Shown here piece by piece: positions 46,345 through 55,392 of a stretch of DNA of 64,000 nucleotides (position 1 is its first letter; each line of letters opens with the position of its first letter). Position numbers and translations under genes: made by a program. The DNA is from Gemmatimonadota bacterium (GTDB lineage Bacteria; Latescibacterota; UBA2968; UBA8231), in contig JAYOYH010000011.1 in NCBI GenBank assembly GCA_038153405.1, forward strand, positions 23,050-87,049, given 5' to 3'. The notes beneath the pieces were generated by a model. It ran no database searches and had not been told where the DNA came from. It was given only the letters and a program-made list of their open reading frames with translations.

Positions 46345-47532
46345 TCAGGCCTGCGCGCGCTGGGCCGACCAGCGCTGGCGCAAGCTGCGCACATAGACGG
46401 CTCCCAGCGTGTAGGAAAGCGAGGCGAATAGGCTCAGCACACCGGCAATAAATACGATGAGCATGCGCTGAGGGCGCGCCTTGACTTCCGGTGGCATAGC
46501 CGGATCGAGCACCTGCACCGTAGCCGTATTGTTGCGCGACTCGATGAGCGATTCGGCTTCCTGCTGTAGGAGGAGCTGCATGAGGGCCTTCTGAACCAGC
46601 ACGTCCTTTTCGAGGATGGCATAGTCCTGGGCCACTTTGGGTATGTCTCGCAGCGGCAAAAAGAGATTTTCCTGCATTTCGAGCTCAAAGGTCTGGCGTC
46701 CCCGCGACTGTCCGCGACTGTCGGCGTGCAGCCCATCGCGCAGAAAAGTCATCGCGTCCTGGCGCAGCAAAATTTCGCGCTCCAGCTTCTTAACCCGGTC
46801 GTGCGACACATCAAGTCCCGAGGCGATCATTCCTTGACGAGTGATTTCCAACTCCATGGCGTCGGTCTGCATGGCGGCCGCAGCACCGATCACGGCGCGC
46901 GCTTGGTCTTCGATCGAGATGGCATTATGCTCCGACTGAAATTGCTGCAGATTGCCCATCACCGAGTCGAGGCGCACCTCGCCTTCCGTGCGCAGAACCT
47001 GTATAAAGTTCATGCGCTCTTTGGCCGATATCTGCCCAATGGCCTTGTTCGTGCTATCCAAAATAACCGCGTAGTGGTTGGCCATCCGCGCAGCCGCTTC
47101 AGGATCGCGATCGAGCACGGAAATGACAATTGTCCCCTCTTCGCTCTTATCGACCGTTGTTTTTTCGGCCAGCATTTCGATGGCGTCGGTCATCGTCTCT
47201 GCCTCGTAGCGATCCCTGAGACCAAAGCGATCGACCATGCTACGCCGCGTCTGCATGCTCTTAAGCGTAGCAATAAAGATGTCGGCCGGCGTGCCCTTTT
47301 CGCCCAGGCGCAGCGTTGGGATGGGCAGCGCTGAGAGCAGGTCGGAAAAGCCAAATCCCTGCTTTTGCTCTTTGGGTGGCAAGAGCTGCGTAGTCGCTTC
47401 ATACTCTTCGGGAATCAAGAAGCTCAAGGCCCCAGCGAGCACGCATATAAACAGCGTGCCGCCAATAATGAGGCCTCGACCAGCGTAGAGCGCGGAGAAT
47501 AGATCGAGGACATCGACCTCTTTTTTTTCCAT
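46345..47532 (-). CDS. Polysaccharide chain-length determinant / Wzz-GumC-like protein
   Basis: Two terminal TM helices, coiled-coil periplasmic region, [16 protein letters not shown]. Confidence 0.8.
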   Translation of the reverse strand: MEKKEVDVLDLFSALYAGRGLIIGGTLFICVLAGALSFLIPEEYEATTQLLPPKEQKQGFGFSDLLSALPIPTLRLGEKGTPADIFIATLKSMQTRRSMVDRFGLRDRYEAETMTDAIEMLAEKTTVDKSEEGTIVISVLDRDPEAAARMANHYAVILDSTNKAIGQISAKERMNFIQVLRTEGEVRLDSVMGNLQQFQSEHNAISIEDQARAVIGAAAAMQTDAMELEITRQGMIASGLDVSHDRVKKLEREILLRQDAMTFLRDGLHADSRGQSRGRQTFELEMQENLFLPLRDIPKVAQDYAILEKDVLVQKALMQLLLQQEAESLIESRNNTATVQVLDPAMPPEVKARPQRMLIVFIAGVLSLFASLSYTLGAVYVRSLRQRWSAQRAQA

Positions 47533-47557
47533 GGACTTGATGGCTCCTTTATATCAA

Positions 47558-49336
47558 TCAGAAGGACCGGATGAGAATGATTAAGGTCAGCGTCTCGGCG
47601 ATCGTGCGCATCGTCGACTGAGTAAATTCCCAGACGTTAACGCGCTCCTTTTCCGGCACCCACAGCTCATCGCCCGCCTCGACGATTAGGTCGTTTTCAA
47701 GCTCTTCGCGCACGCCGGTGCGCGCGCGAATCAGGCGTGCCCCAGCGCGATCTGCCCCATAGGAATAGCCGCCGACGCGCTCGATGTAATACTTCACGGT
47801 TCGTCCCTCTTCGAAATCGACCAAACCGGGTTTCTTGATTTGACCACTGGTGCTAACCGTGCGCCTCTCCGTCGGAATGTAAATGACGTCTCCGCTTTCT
47901 AGCAGGATGTTCTGAGACTGATCGTTGGCTATGTATAGACGTTCGAAGTCCATTGCGGCACGCCCTTTTTCCTCGCGGCCTTTTGTCTTTAAGTATGCCT
48001 TATCCTCAGCCGACATATCGGCCAAGCCGCTAACCTGAGACAGCGTGCGCAAACGATCCATTTCAGGGTCAATCTGGTTGCGCAATTTGGAGCGAATCAC
48101 CTTGGATGCGATCAGCGAGGCGTTTTCCGTGAGCCCGCCCGCTGGTCCATCGACGATGTCGCGCACGCGCGTTTGACCTTCTATGATGCGATAGCGCCCG
48201 CGGTACTTTACTTCTCCGTATACCAACACGGTCGGCATTTGCTGCCACAGCGAACGCGAGCGTATGAATACCATATCGTTGGGCTGCAGCGGCACATCGG
48301 CAATATCCGCTAAGTCAAACTCCTGGCCCTCCACCGCATTGTCACCCAAAATAATTTCCTGCGTTTTTTCCGTACCGGTCTCGAAGCGCCACAGTTCGGC
48401 GCGCATAAGTGGCTCGTCAACGCGCACGCCTTTGGCCAGCGTTATTAGATCGCCTACTGTATCGCCTTGGCGATATTCCTGTGGGCCTTCTTGGTTGACC
48501 GCGCCGAATATGTAGAGCGCTTCTTTGCTGAAACCGACGTGCACTACATCGCCCATGCGCACATAGGGATTGTGCTTCAATTCACCTGTGGAAAGAAACA
48601 TACTCAAATCGACGGTTTCTACATCGCCATCTCGATGAATCAGGCGGATCGTGCGCCGGCCGGCCGGCCGGTTCTGTATCTGGCGAACGCGCGTAACCTT
48701 GCGCCCGCCTACTTCTTCCTGAATGGTCGTGCCTGTCAGTTCGTCGAGAAAGCCTCCCGCGCGCTCGATGAGATCGGAGACACGCGTGGCAGGATGGATT
48801 GTAAAACTCCCCTCGCTCAGCACGGCTCCGGTGACGTATGCGGTAAAAAAGCGCATGCTAGCCAGCGAAATAGAGATATCGACGCCAGGGTATTTTTCCT
48901 GCGCAGCGGCGTAAATATGCTCTTTGGCTGCGTTCAGTGTCTTTTCGGACACGTGAAACGCGCCCACCGTGGGAATGAGGACATTGCCTTCGGGGTCGAC
49001 CTGCAGCATGTAGGACAGATCGAACTCACCCCAGATATAGAGTTGCAATACGTCACCCGGGCCAACGAGATACTCTTCGGGGTTGACTTCGCGGTCCTGG
49101 CTAATGCGCAGACGCTCGACTTCTTCGCCCGACGGCATGCGCACTCTACCCGATACGATATCGTTGTTTAAGCCGGGAATATTTGCGCCGGGAATGTTAT
49201 TTAGCTCGGCTTCTTCCTCGGCCCTGTCGTCGATCAAGGACTGTAGTTCGTCATCATCCTGAGCCCATATCTCAGGCACGGACGCCAACCCGGCGAAGAC
49301 CATCCACAGGGTCCCCATCAAGATCCTCATTCTCAT
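47558..49336 (-). CDS. Polysaccharide export protein with multiple SLBB domains (Wza/KpsD-like)
   Basis: Signal peptide, YLVGPGDVL, VDPEG, repeated V.G.V..PG and L..GD...IP units. Confidence 0.85.
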   Translation of the reverse strand: MRMRILMGTLWMVFAGLASVPEIWAQDDDELQSLIDDRAEEEAELNNIPGANIPGLNNDIVSGRVRMPSGEEVERLRISQDREVNPEEYLVGPGDVLQLYIWGEFDLSYMLQVDPEGNVLIPTVGAFHVSEKTLNAAKEHIYAAAQEKYPGVDISISLASMRFFTAYVTGAVLSEGSFTIHPATRVSDLIERAGGFLDELTGTTIQEEVGGRKVTRVRQIQNRPAGRRTIRLIHRDGDVETVDLSMFLSTGELKHNPYVRMGDVVHVGFSKEALYIFGAVNQEGPQEYRQGDTVGDLITLAKGVRVDEPLMRAELWRFETGTEKTQEIILGDNAVEGQEFDLADIADVPLQPNDMVFIRSRSLWQQMPTVLVYGEVKYRGRYRIIEGQTRVRDIVDGPAGGLTENASLIASKVIRSKLRNQIDPEMDRLRTLSQVSGLADMSAEDKAYLKTKGREEKGRAAMDFERLYIANDQSQNILLESGDVIYIPTERRTVSTSGQIKKPGLVDFEEGRTVKYYIERVGGYSYGADRAGARLIRARTGVREELENDLIVEAGDELWVPEKERVNVWEFTQSTMRTIAETLTLIILIRSF

Positions 49337-49349
49337 TGCTCCTCCTGTA

Positions 49350-50354
49350 TTATCGCTTTCCGTAGTTGCGCCGGTAGTATTCGCGGAAATCGTCGCCGCC
49401 TTTGATGGGTCGCCACCACGACTCGTTTTCGACGTACCACTGCACAGTGCGCCGCATCGCCTCTTCGTAGTTGCACTGCGGCCGCCATCCCAGCGCTTTT
49501 AGCTTGCTCGAATCCAGCGCGTAGCGCAGGTCGTGACCCGGCCTATCGGCTACATACTGCATGAGGCTCTCGGGCTTGTCCAACATATCCAAAATCGTTC
49601 GCACGACTTCTATGCCCGTCGCATCGTTGTCACCGCCGACGTTGTAGGCCTCGCCGATACACCCCTCGTGCAGAACCAGATCGATCGCCGTGCAGTGATC
49701 CTCTACGTAGAGATGATCGCGCACTTGAGAGCCGTCTCCGTATACGGGCAGCGGCAGGTCGTCTATGGCATTGGTTACAAAGAGCGGCACGCGCTTTTCC
49801 GGATATTGGTAAGGGCCGATGTTGTTCGAGCAGCGCGTGACGAGCGTGGGCAGCTGATGGGTGACGTGAAAGGCGCGAACCAGCAACTCGGCGCTGGCCT
49901 TGCTCGCCGAATACGGACTGCGCGGCTCCAGCGGCCACTCCTCGGTCCATTCGCCTTCGTCAATGCTGCCGTATACCTCGTCGGTGCTCACCTGCAAGAA
50001 GCGTTCGACTCCGTGTTCCCGCGCGCAGTCGAGCAGCGCATAGGTCCCATTTATATTGGTCTGTACGAATTCGGCGCCGCCCATAATGGAGCGATCGACA
50101 TGCGTCTCTGCGGCGAAGTTGACGACGTAGTCGACTTCGCTTACCAGCGGCTCGACGACCCGAGCGTCGCAGATGTCGCCTTCTACAAAGCGATAGCGAG
50201 GATCGCTTTCGATATCGGCTAAATTGGCCAGATTGCCTGCATAGGTGAGCTTGTCGAGGTTGACGAGGCGGTAGTCCGGATACTTGGCCAGCATATAGCG
50301 GACGAAGTTGCTGCCGATAAAGCCGCATCCTCCTGTCACCAACACTGTCTTCAT
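49350..50354 (-). CDS. rfbB: dTDP-glucose 4,6-dehydratase
   Basis: TGGCGFIGSNF, DKLTYAGN, AAETHVDRSI, STDEVYG, YSASKA, DRPGHDLRY; ATG at 50354. Confidence 0.95.
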   Translation of the reverse strand: MKTVLVTGGCGFIGSNFVRYMLAKYPDYRLVNLDKLTYAGNLANLADIESDPRYRFVEGDICDARVVEPLVSEVDYVVNFAAETHVDRSIMGGAEFVQTNINGTYALLDCAREHGVERFLQVSTDEVYGSIDEGEWTEEWPLEPRSPYSASKASAELLVRAFHVTHQLPTLVTRCSNNIGPYQYPEKRVPLFVTNAIDDLPLPVYGDGSQVRDHLYVEDHCTAIDLVLHEGCIGEAYNVGGDNDATGIEVVRTILDMLDKPESLMQYVADRPGHDLRYALDSSKLKALGWRPQCNYEEAMRRTVQWYVENESWWRPIKGGDDFREYYRRNYGKR

Positions 50355-50567
50355 AAAATACATCCTATCCGCAGGAACGCAGGGCGTGCCGCGGCGCGAT
50401 ATCCGCGAACACCGTCGAAATCGCTGCGCAAAAAACAGGCAATGGAACGCCGGGAACAATGCGTGTACGATAGGCGGAGAGCCTCGGGCAGGATACGCAC
50501 GGCGCGCGCATTACACAGTGATCTTACCATTGAAGAACCACTACAATAGACTAGGCCCCACAAATTG

Positions 50568-51329
50568 TCAAGGTTGGTTGCCGGACAGGAAACGCGCGAA
50601 ATTTGCCGCACTCAAGGCAGCCATTTCCTCTGTTGCCAAACCGCGCAGACGGGCCATGCACTCGACCACCTCGCGCACGCGCTGAGGATGCCCTGCGCGC
50701 CCACCCACCGGCACCGGTGCATCCGTTTCAAAAAGCAGCAGGTCTTCGGCAATTTCGAGTGCGACCTGCTGAGTTTGCTCATCGTACAATACAGTGGGGC
50801 CGACCGACACGTAGAGCCCCTCGTCGTTGCAGATGCGGACCAGTTTCTTGGACTGAGTAAACCAGTGCATCTGCGCATTGAGTCCCGCGCGGCGGCGGAA
50901 GGCAATGGCGCACTCCATAGTCTGGCGCAGACAGCGGCGCGAGTGCAGGTTGATCGGCTTGGCATAGCGGACGGCCAACTGCAACTGGCGCTCCAACACT
51001 TCTTCTTGAAAGATCTGGGCCGAGCGCTCCGTCGCCCATTTGAAGTCTAGGCCAACTTCACCCAACTCATCGGCTTGTGGCAGGGCTTCTTCGAGCCACT
51101 GTAGTGCCTCCTCGACGTGGTCCTCGTGCTGCGTGACCCACGCCGGATGCAAACCGAGCCCGGCCAACACCCGATCGGGGTGCTGGAGTTTTAGCTCCAA
51201 TACGCGCCGCATAGATTGCGGATCTTCTGAAACGGCGACGACGCGCGAAACGCCCTGAGCAGCCGCCTCCTGCAGTGCGGCACGGGCATCGCCCAACTGA
51301 TCGAGGTGGCAGTGCGTATCTGCCAGCAT
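50568..51329 (-). CDS. TatD family hydrolase
   Basis: DTHCHL, GLHP, GEVGLD, LHSR, ETDAP. Confidence 0.9.
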   Translation of the reverse strand: MLADTHCHLDQLGDARAALQEAAAQGVSRVVAVSEDPQSMRRVLELKLQHPDRVLAGLGLHPAWVTQHEDHVEEALQWLEEALPQADELGEVGLDFKWATERSAQIFQEEVLERQLQLAVRYAKPINLHSRRCLRQTMECAIAFRRRAGLNAQMHWFTQSKKLVRICNDEGLYVSVGPTVLYDEQTQQVALEIAEDLLLFETDAPVPVGGRAGHPQRVREVVECMARLRGLATEEMAALSAANFARFLSGNQP

Positions 51330-52297
51330 CAGAGCAGTCCGACAGTCTCTTCAAAACCTAGCATAAGATTGAGGCACTGGACGGCGTTACCCGAAGCACC
51401 CTTGCCCAAATTATCGAGGCGACCGACCAGGACTAAACCGCGCGCATCGCCCCATACGGACAGCTCGACGCAGTTGCCATAGCTGAGTGTGTCCATGTCC
51501 AAAAAAGCACCGCGCAGCGCCTCGTCGGCACACTGAGGATCGACTAGGCGCACCATGGGTGCGCTGTCATAGGCAGCCGCCCACACTGCGTGCACGGCCG
51601 CTGGCTCGATGTCAGCGCGAGAGAAATGCGCGGCGGGTATGGGCATGCTGACGACCATGCCACAGAAGGCATGTGCCACCGACGGAACAAACATCGGGGG
51701 GCGTTCTGCCAAACTAAACTTCCACATCTCCGCCACGTGCTTGTGCTGACCGACCAGGTTATACAGACCAAAGGGCAGGCGCGCATCGCCTTCGCGCGCC
51801 GCCGGTTGTGCCGCATCGTAGCTCTCGACCATCTTGCGCCCTCCGCCCGAATAGCCCGAAACGGCATTGATCGTCAGCGGCGCATCATCGCGTAGCAAAC
51901 CCGCCTCAATCAGCGGGCGCACCGCGAGGATAAAGCTCACTGGGTAGCAGCCGCAGTTGGCCACGCGCGCCGCGCTGCGGATGGCATCGCGGTGCGCGGG
52001 GCTTATTTCGGGCAAACCGTAGACCCACTGCGGATCGACGCGGCGCGCCGTGCTCGTATCGATAACGCGCGTGGTGGGCTCTTGGATAAGGGCCAGCGCC
52101 TCGGCAGCCGCATCGTCGGGCAAACAGAGAATGGCGACGTCGGCTCGATTGAGATAGTCGGCGCGAGCAGCAGCATCCTTGCGATCGGCCTCGGGGATCA
52201 GCAACACGTCCACATCGCTGCGATCGGCCAACATCTGCCGTATCCTCAGGCCGGTTGTGCCCTCTTGGCCATCGATAAATATCCGGGGATTTCCCAT
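51329..52297 (-). CDS. argC: N-acetyl-gamma-glutamyl-phosphate reductase (type 2)
   Basis: IFIDGQEGTTGL, ILCLPD, WVYGLPE, GCYP, NAVSGYSGGG, LDNLGKGASG.AVQ. Confidence 0.93.
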   Translation of the reverse strand: MGNPRIFIDGQEGTTGLRIRQMLADRSDVDVLLIPEADRKDAAARADYLNRADVAILCLPDDAAAEALALIQEPTTRVIDTSTARRVDPQWVYGLPEISPAHRDAIRSAARVANCGCYPVSFILAVRPLIEAGLLRDDAPLTINAVSGYSGGGRKMVESYDAAQPAAREGDARLPFGLYNLVGQHKHVAEMWKFSLAERPPMFVPSVAHAFCGMVVSMPIPAAHFSRADIEPAAVHAVWAAAYDSAPMVRLVDPQCADEALRGAFLDMDTLSYGNCVELSVWGDARGLVLVGRLDNLGKGASGNAVQCLNLMLGFEETVGLL

Positions 52298-52305
52298 GCT
52301 ATTCC

Positions 52306-52325
52306 TTTGTAATTTTTATTACAAA
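52306..52325. promoter_or_regulatory. Perfect palindrome overlapping the argC RBS (candidate operator)
   Basis: TTTGTAAT-TTTT-ATTACAAA, ending 8 nt upstream of the argC ATG. Confidence 0.55.
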
Positions 52326-52466
52326 AAATAACTTTTTCTCAGAAAAAAACAATTCGGCGCACGGGCGTTTATAGCGCTCTGTGCGGCCACAACCGGCGCG
52401 CGCCGTTTGCGTTATCGCCGAACAAAAGAGCGGAGTAAGAACGCGTGGGAAAGGGGGCTGTGCGGG

Positions 52467-53432
52467 CTATTGATCGCCGGTGCGATCGCCGTCGCCCAAC
52501 TCGATTCGACGCACTCGGTTGAGCACCTCTTCCAACAGGCTGCGGTTGGTGGCTATCAAGTCGGCAATGACGCCGGTGAGGAACATTTGGAAACCGGCCA
52601 GCAGAAGAATAGCCGCCAGAATGAGCGATTGGACGTGCAGCATGCCCTGATCGGTCAGAAAGAAGAAGTAGAGAAAGCGCAGGCCGAGCACGAAGCCGGC
52701 GGCAAATGTCAGCGCGCCGAAGAGCGCAAAGATTTTCAGGGCTTTGTAGCGCGCATAGGCGCGCAGGCTGATCGACCCAGAGCGAAAGACGAATTCGCCA
52801 ATGCTGGAAAACAGGCGCGATTCGCGCAACTTGGGATTGGTGCGAATCGGCACCGACACGACGGCCACGCGCTTCTGACCGGATTCGATGACGTGCTCGG
52901 CCGTGTGATCAAAATCGGTGAACGTCGACAAGTGCATGGCCGCGTCGCGGCTAAAGGCGCGAAAACCGCTGGCGACGTCGGGAATGTCCATATCGGCCAG
53001 GCGGCTGATGACGCGACTGCCAACGCTCTGCAGATAGCGCTTAACAAAGGAGAAGTGGGCGATATCGCCCGTCTGCCGATCGCCGATGACCAGATCGGCG
53101 CGACCCTCGATAATCGGCGCAACCAACTTGTCGATATCGCCACCGAAGTACTGGTTGTCCCCGTCGGTGTTGATAATGATATCGGCACCCAGGCGCAGGC
53201 AGGCGTCGAATCCCGCTTTGAATGCGTGGCCCAACCCGCGGTTCTGCGGAAAGCGAATGACGTGATCGGCACCGCACTCGCGCGCCACCTCGCTCGTGCG
53301 ATCCGTCGATCCATCGTCTATGACCAGCACCTCGACCCGGTCGATGCCCGGCACCTGGCGCGGTATATCACCGATGGTCGCCGGCAGCGTGTCCTCTTCG
53401 TTTAAGCAGGGAATCTGTACGATTAACTTCAT
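52467..53432 (-). CDS. Glycosyltransferase family 2 (DPM-like, with C-terminal TM helices)
   Basis: MKLIVQIPCLNEE, IDDGSTD, NTDGDNQY, DVASGFRAFSR; ATG at 53432. Confidence 0.92.
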   Translation of the reverse strand: MKLIVQIPCLNEEDTLPATIGDIPRQVPGIDRVEVLVIDDGSTDRTSEVARECGADHVIRFPQNRGLGHAFKAGFDACLRLGADIIINTDGDNQYFGGDIDKLVAPIIEGRADLVIGDRQTGDIAHFSFVKRYLQSVGSRVISRLADMDIPDVASGFRAFSRDAAMHLSTFTDFDHTAEHVIESGQKRVAVVSVPIRTNPKLRESRLFSSIGEFVFRSGSISLRAYARYKALKIFALFGALTFAAGFVLGLRFLYFFFLTDQGMLHVQSLILAAILLLAGFQMFLTGVIADLIATNRSLLEEVLNRVRRIELGDGDRTGDQ

Positions 53433-53555
53433 GCTCTTTTCCGCTTCGCCATCGCCCCTTCGCCACCCACAACCCCAACGGTCATAGCGCCGCACGTCCG
53501 CGCGCGCTGAGGGCGAGCGAAAAGCGTACATCGACACCACGCTTTAGGCAGCGCG

Positions 53556-53825
53556 TCACTCGCTGCGTTTTTCAATATGCGCCCGCACCAGTTTAATCAT
53601 CTCGCCATCCTCTGCGGCGGCGGCTACCATCGCCTTGAACTCTTCCACTGTGATTTTCACTTCCTCCAGGAAGCGCTGATCAGCCGCTCACGGAAATACG
53701 TAATCGCCAATGCGCCCCTCGTTGACCGCGCGCGCCTTGTCGGTGATGCGCGCCAACCAAGGGATATCGCCGATGACCATGCCGCGCGCGCGCGGCTTGA
53801 AGTCGAGAATGTCCCAATCACTCAT
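53556..53825 (-). CDS. DUF5069-like protein, candidate selenoprotein (Sec at codon 46)
   Basis: MSDWDILDFKPRARGMVIGDIPWLARITDKARAVNEGRIGDYVFP-[TGA 53690-53688]-AADQRFLEEVKITVEEFKAMVAAAAEDGEMIKLVRAHIEKRSE*; frame stays open 43 codons past the TGA; GGAG/GGGA RBS. Confidence 0.78.
53658..53675 (-). promoter_or_regulatory. Candidate bacterial SECIS hairpin
   Basis: CGCUUCC-UGGA-GGAAGUG, a 7-bp stem starting 12 nt 3' of the in-frame UGA. Confidence 0.6.
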
Positions 53826-53847
53826 GATTCCCTTTGCTCCTCGTGCA

Positions 53848-54879
53848 TTAATTCGATGTGAAAGCGGCGCGCATGTGGCATATATCCTCATCATCGCCCA
53901 ACGGCTCGCTCAGCGCGCGCGCAATGGCCTGCAGCCGTTCACACGGGTTCTGCCAGGCGCGCAGCAGCGCGGCATTGGCCGATTCAAGTGGATGCTCGAG
54001 CGCTTCGCACAGGGCCGCCGCCGCGTTGAGCAAGAAGGCAATCTGGTGTCCTTCCAGCGCGCGCACGACGCCTGAGTCACCGGTCAACTCAGCGTAGAAA
54101 CGGGCCGCACGCGCATTCAACACAGAGCGCACGACGCCGTTGCAGCGCCCGCTGCCCATGCTAGTAGTATACTGCACGATGCGGCGTTCCGTCCAGTCCC
54201 AGCTCAATTTAGAAAATTCGAGGAAAAATGCCGCACGCACCGGCGATATGACGATGTTGCGCGCGTTGTAATCGCTGCTGCCCAACACGGGCGGACGCCG
54301 CGCCAACTCGGAGCAGAGTGCGGCGATCAGATCGAGTGCGGCGCCGCTCAGCGGTGGGCACTGCAGATGACGCTGCAGCGCATGGCCCCCCCAGAGGGCT
54401 CGCTCGCTCGCCAACTGCCAGGCAACGAGCAGATCCTGCTGGCTACCGCCCGGCGCGACGCGCTGCGCCCACCGCTCGTCGCACATTAGCACACCGTCAA
54501 TGGAGCGCTGGTTGCGCATCACATCGCATGCCAACGCGGTATGGTCGCCACAACGCTCCTGCACCAGATCGTCTAGAGTTGCATCGCCGACCCACTCGTA
54601 GAAGGCGAAGCACGCCTCTGAGTCAAGGGCTACCATGGCTGGCACGCGGCAACCGGCTCCGCCCAGCGCGCACAGCACATCGCGCTCGACCTCCAATACG
54701 TCGTATGCTTTGCCGCGCGTCAGGGGGGCGAAGATATGATATTTGACAGCGCGCCTTTTGCCGTCGACGCACAGGCACCACACGCCCGAGTCGATCTCTT
54801 CAATGCGCTGGACGATGCCGCCCAATAGTTCGGGGACGCGTCGCCTGAGATAGGCATCCACCTCCCCGTAGGCTTCCAT
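53848..54879 (-). CDS. Aminoglycoside phosphotransferase / protein-kinase-like fold protein (atypical)
   Basis: AVK, VP.M, YEWVG, catalytic-loop-like SSDYNARNIVI, FFLEFS in place of DF. Confidence 0.6.
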   Translation of the reverse strand: MEAYGEVDAYLRRRVPELLGGIVQRIEEIDSGVWCLCVDGKRRAVKYHIFAPLTRGKAYDVLEVERDVLCALGGAGCRVPAMVALDSEACFAFYEWVGDATLDDLVQERCGDHTALACDVMRNQRSIDGVLMCDERWAQRVAPGGSQQDLLVAWQLASERALWGGHALQRHLQCPPLSGAALDLIAALCSELARRPPVLGSSDYNARNIVISPVRAAFFLEFSKLSWDWTERRIVQYTTSMGSGRCNGVVRSVLNARAARFYAELTGDSGVVRALEGHQIAFLLNAAAALCEALEHPLESANAALLRAWQNPCERLQAIARALSEPLGDDEDICHMRAAFTSN

Positions 54880-55259
54880 TAAGCGTCCTCGGCCTCGAAG
54901 ACGATGACCTGTGCGACGAGCTTGCCGGCTTGGTTATTGCGCTCGGGATGCTCGTTCATCGCAAAGAATATGACGCCTTCCTCTTTACAGATAAAATCGC
55001 AGCGCGCGCCGATAGCAAAAGCCTCGCCGCTGCCTATCCGCGCAATGAGCGCACCGACGTTTGCCCCCGGCATGCGATAGCCCTCACCGGCGGGAAAGCG
55101 ATAGAGCCCATCCGCGCCGCACCAGGCAATTTGGTCGCGCATATCGGGCGACCATGTCTCTTCGGCATCGACGACAATCCGCTGTCCTTGCTTCACGCGG
55201 ATCAGCGAGTCCTGCCATTGCGGACTCGGGCGTATTGTGCGCATAATAGTGACGGCCAT
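54879..55259 (-). CDS. LecA/PA-IL-like beta-sandwich (putative lectin)
   Basis: WQDSLIRVKQGQRI, TWS, WCGADG, PGANVGALIARIG, F.IG, G.IFFAMNE, N.AG.L; ATG 55259; TAATG overlap with the kinase gene. Confidence 0.6.
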   Translation of the reverse strand: MAVTIMRTIRPSPQWQDSLIRVKQGQRIVVDAEETWSPDMRDQIAWCGADGLYRFPAGEGYRMPGANVGALIARIGSGEAFAIGARCDFICKEEGVIFFAMNEHPERNNQAGKLVAQVIVFEAEDA

Positions 55260-55392
55260 ACAATCTCCTAAGTGTACACGCGGTGTGCTTCCAATGCAGG
55301 GACAGTGATAATTAAAAGACGGCCTCGAGGATGTCAACAAACGCGTGAACGACCCGCCCCATGCGCTCTGCGCGCAACGAGGTAGAATGCCG

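Noticed and set aside
52407..53405. 332-aa plus-strand ORF
   Set aside because: Antisense shadow of the clear GT2 gene; no motifs.
53544..53558. Second read-through at the terminal TGA of the DUF5069-like gene
   Set aside because: Only three more codons (RAA) before TAA, and the domain already appears complete.
53688..53690. Genome-wide UGA reassignment (Trp/Gly code) as the explanation for the in-frame TGA
   Set aside because: TGA ends many intact genes here (ATGA/GTGA overlaps at 20701, 37023, 38267, 56466, 61361) and no other gene is interrupted, so read-through must be site-specific.
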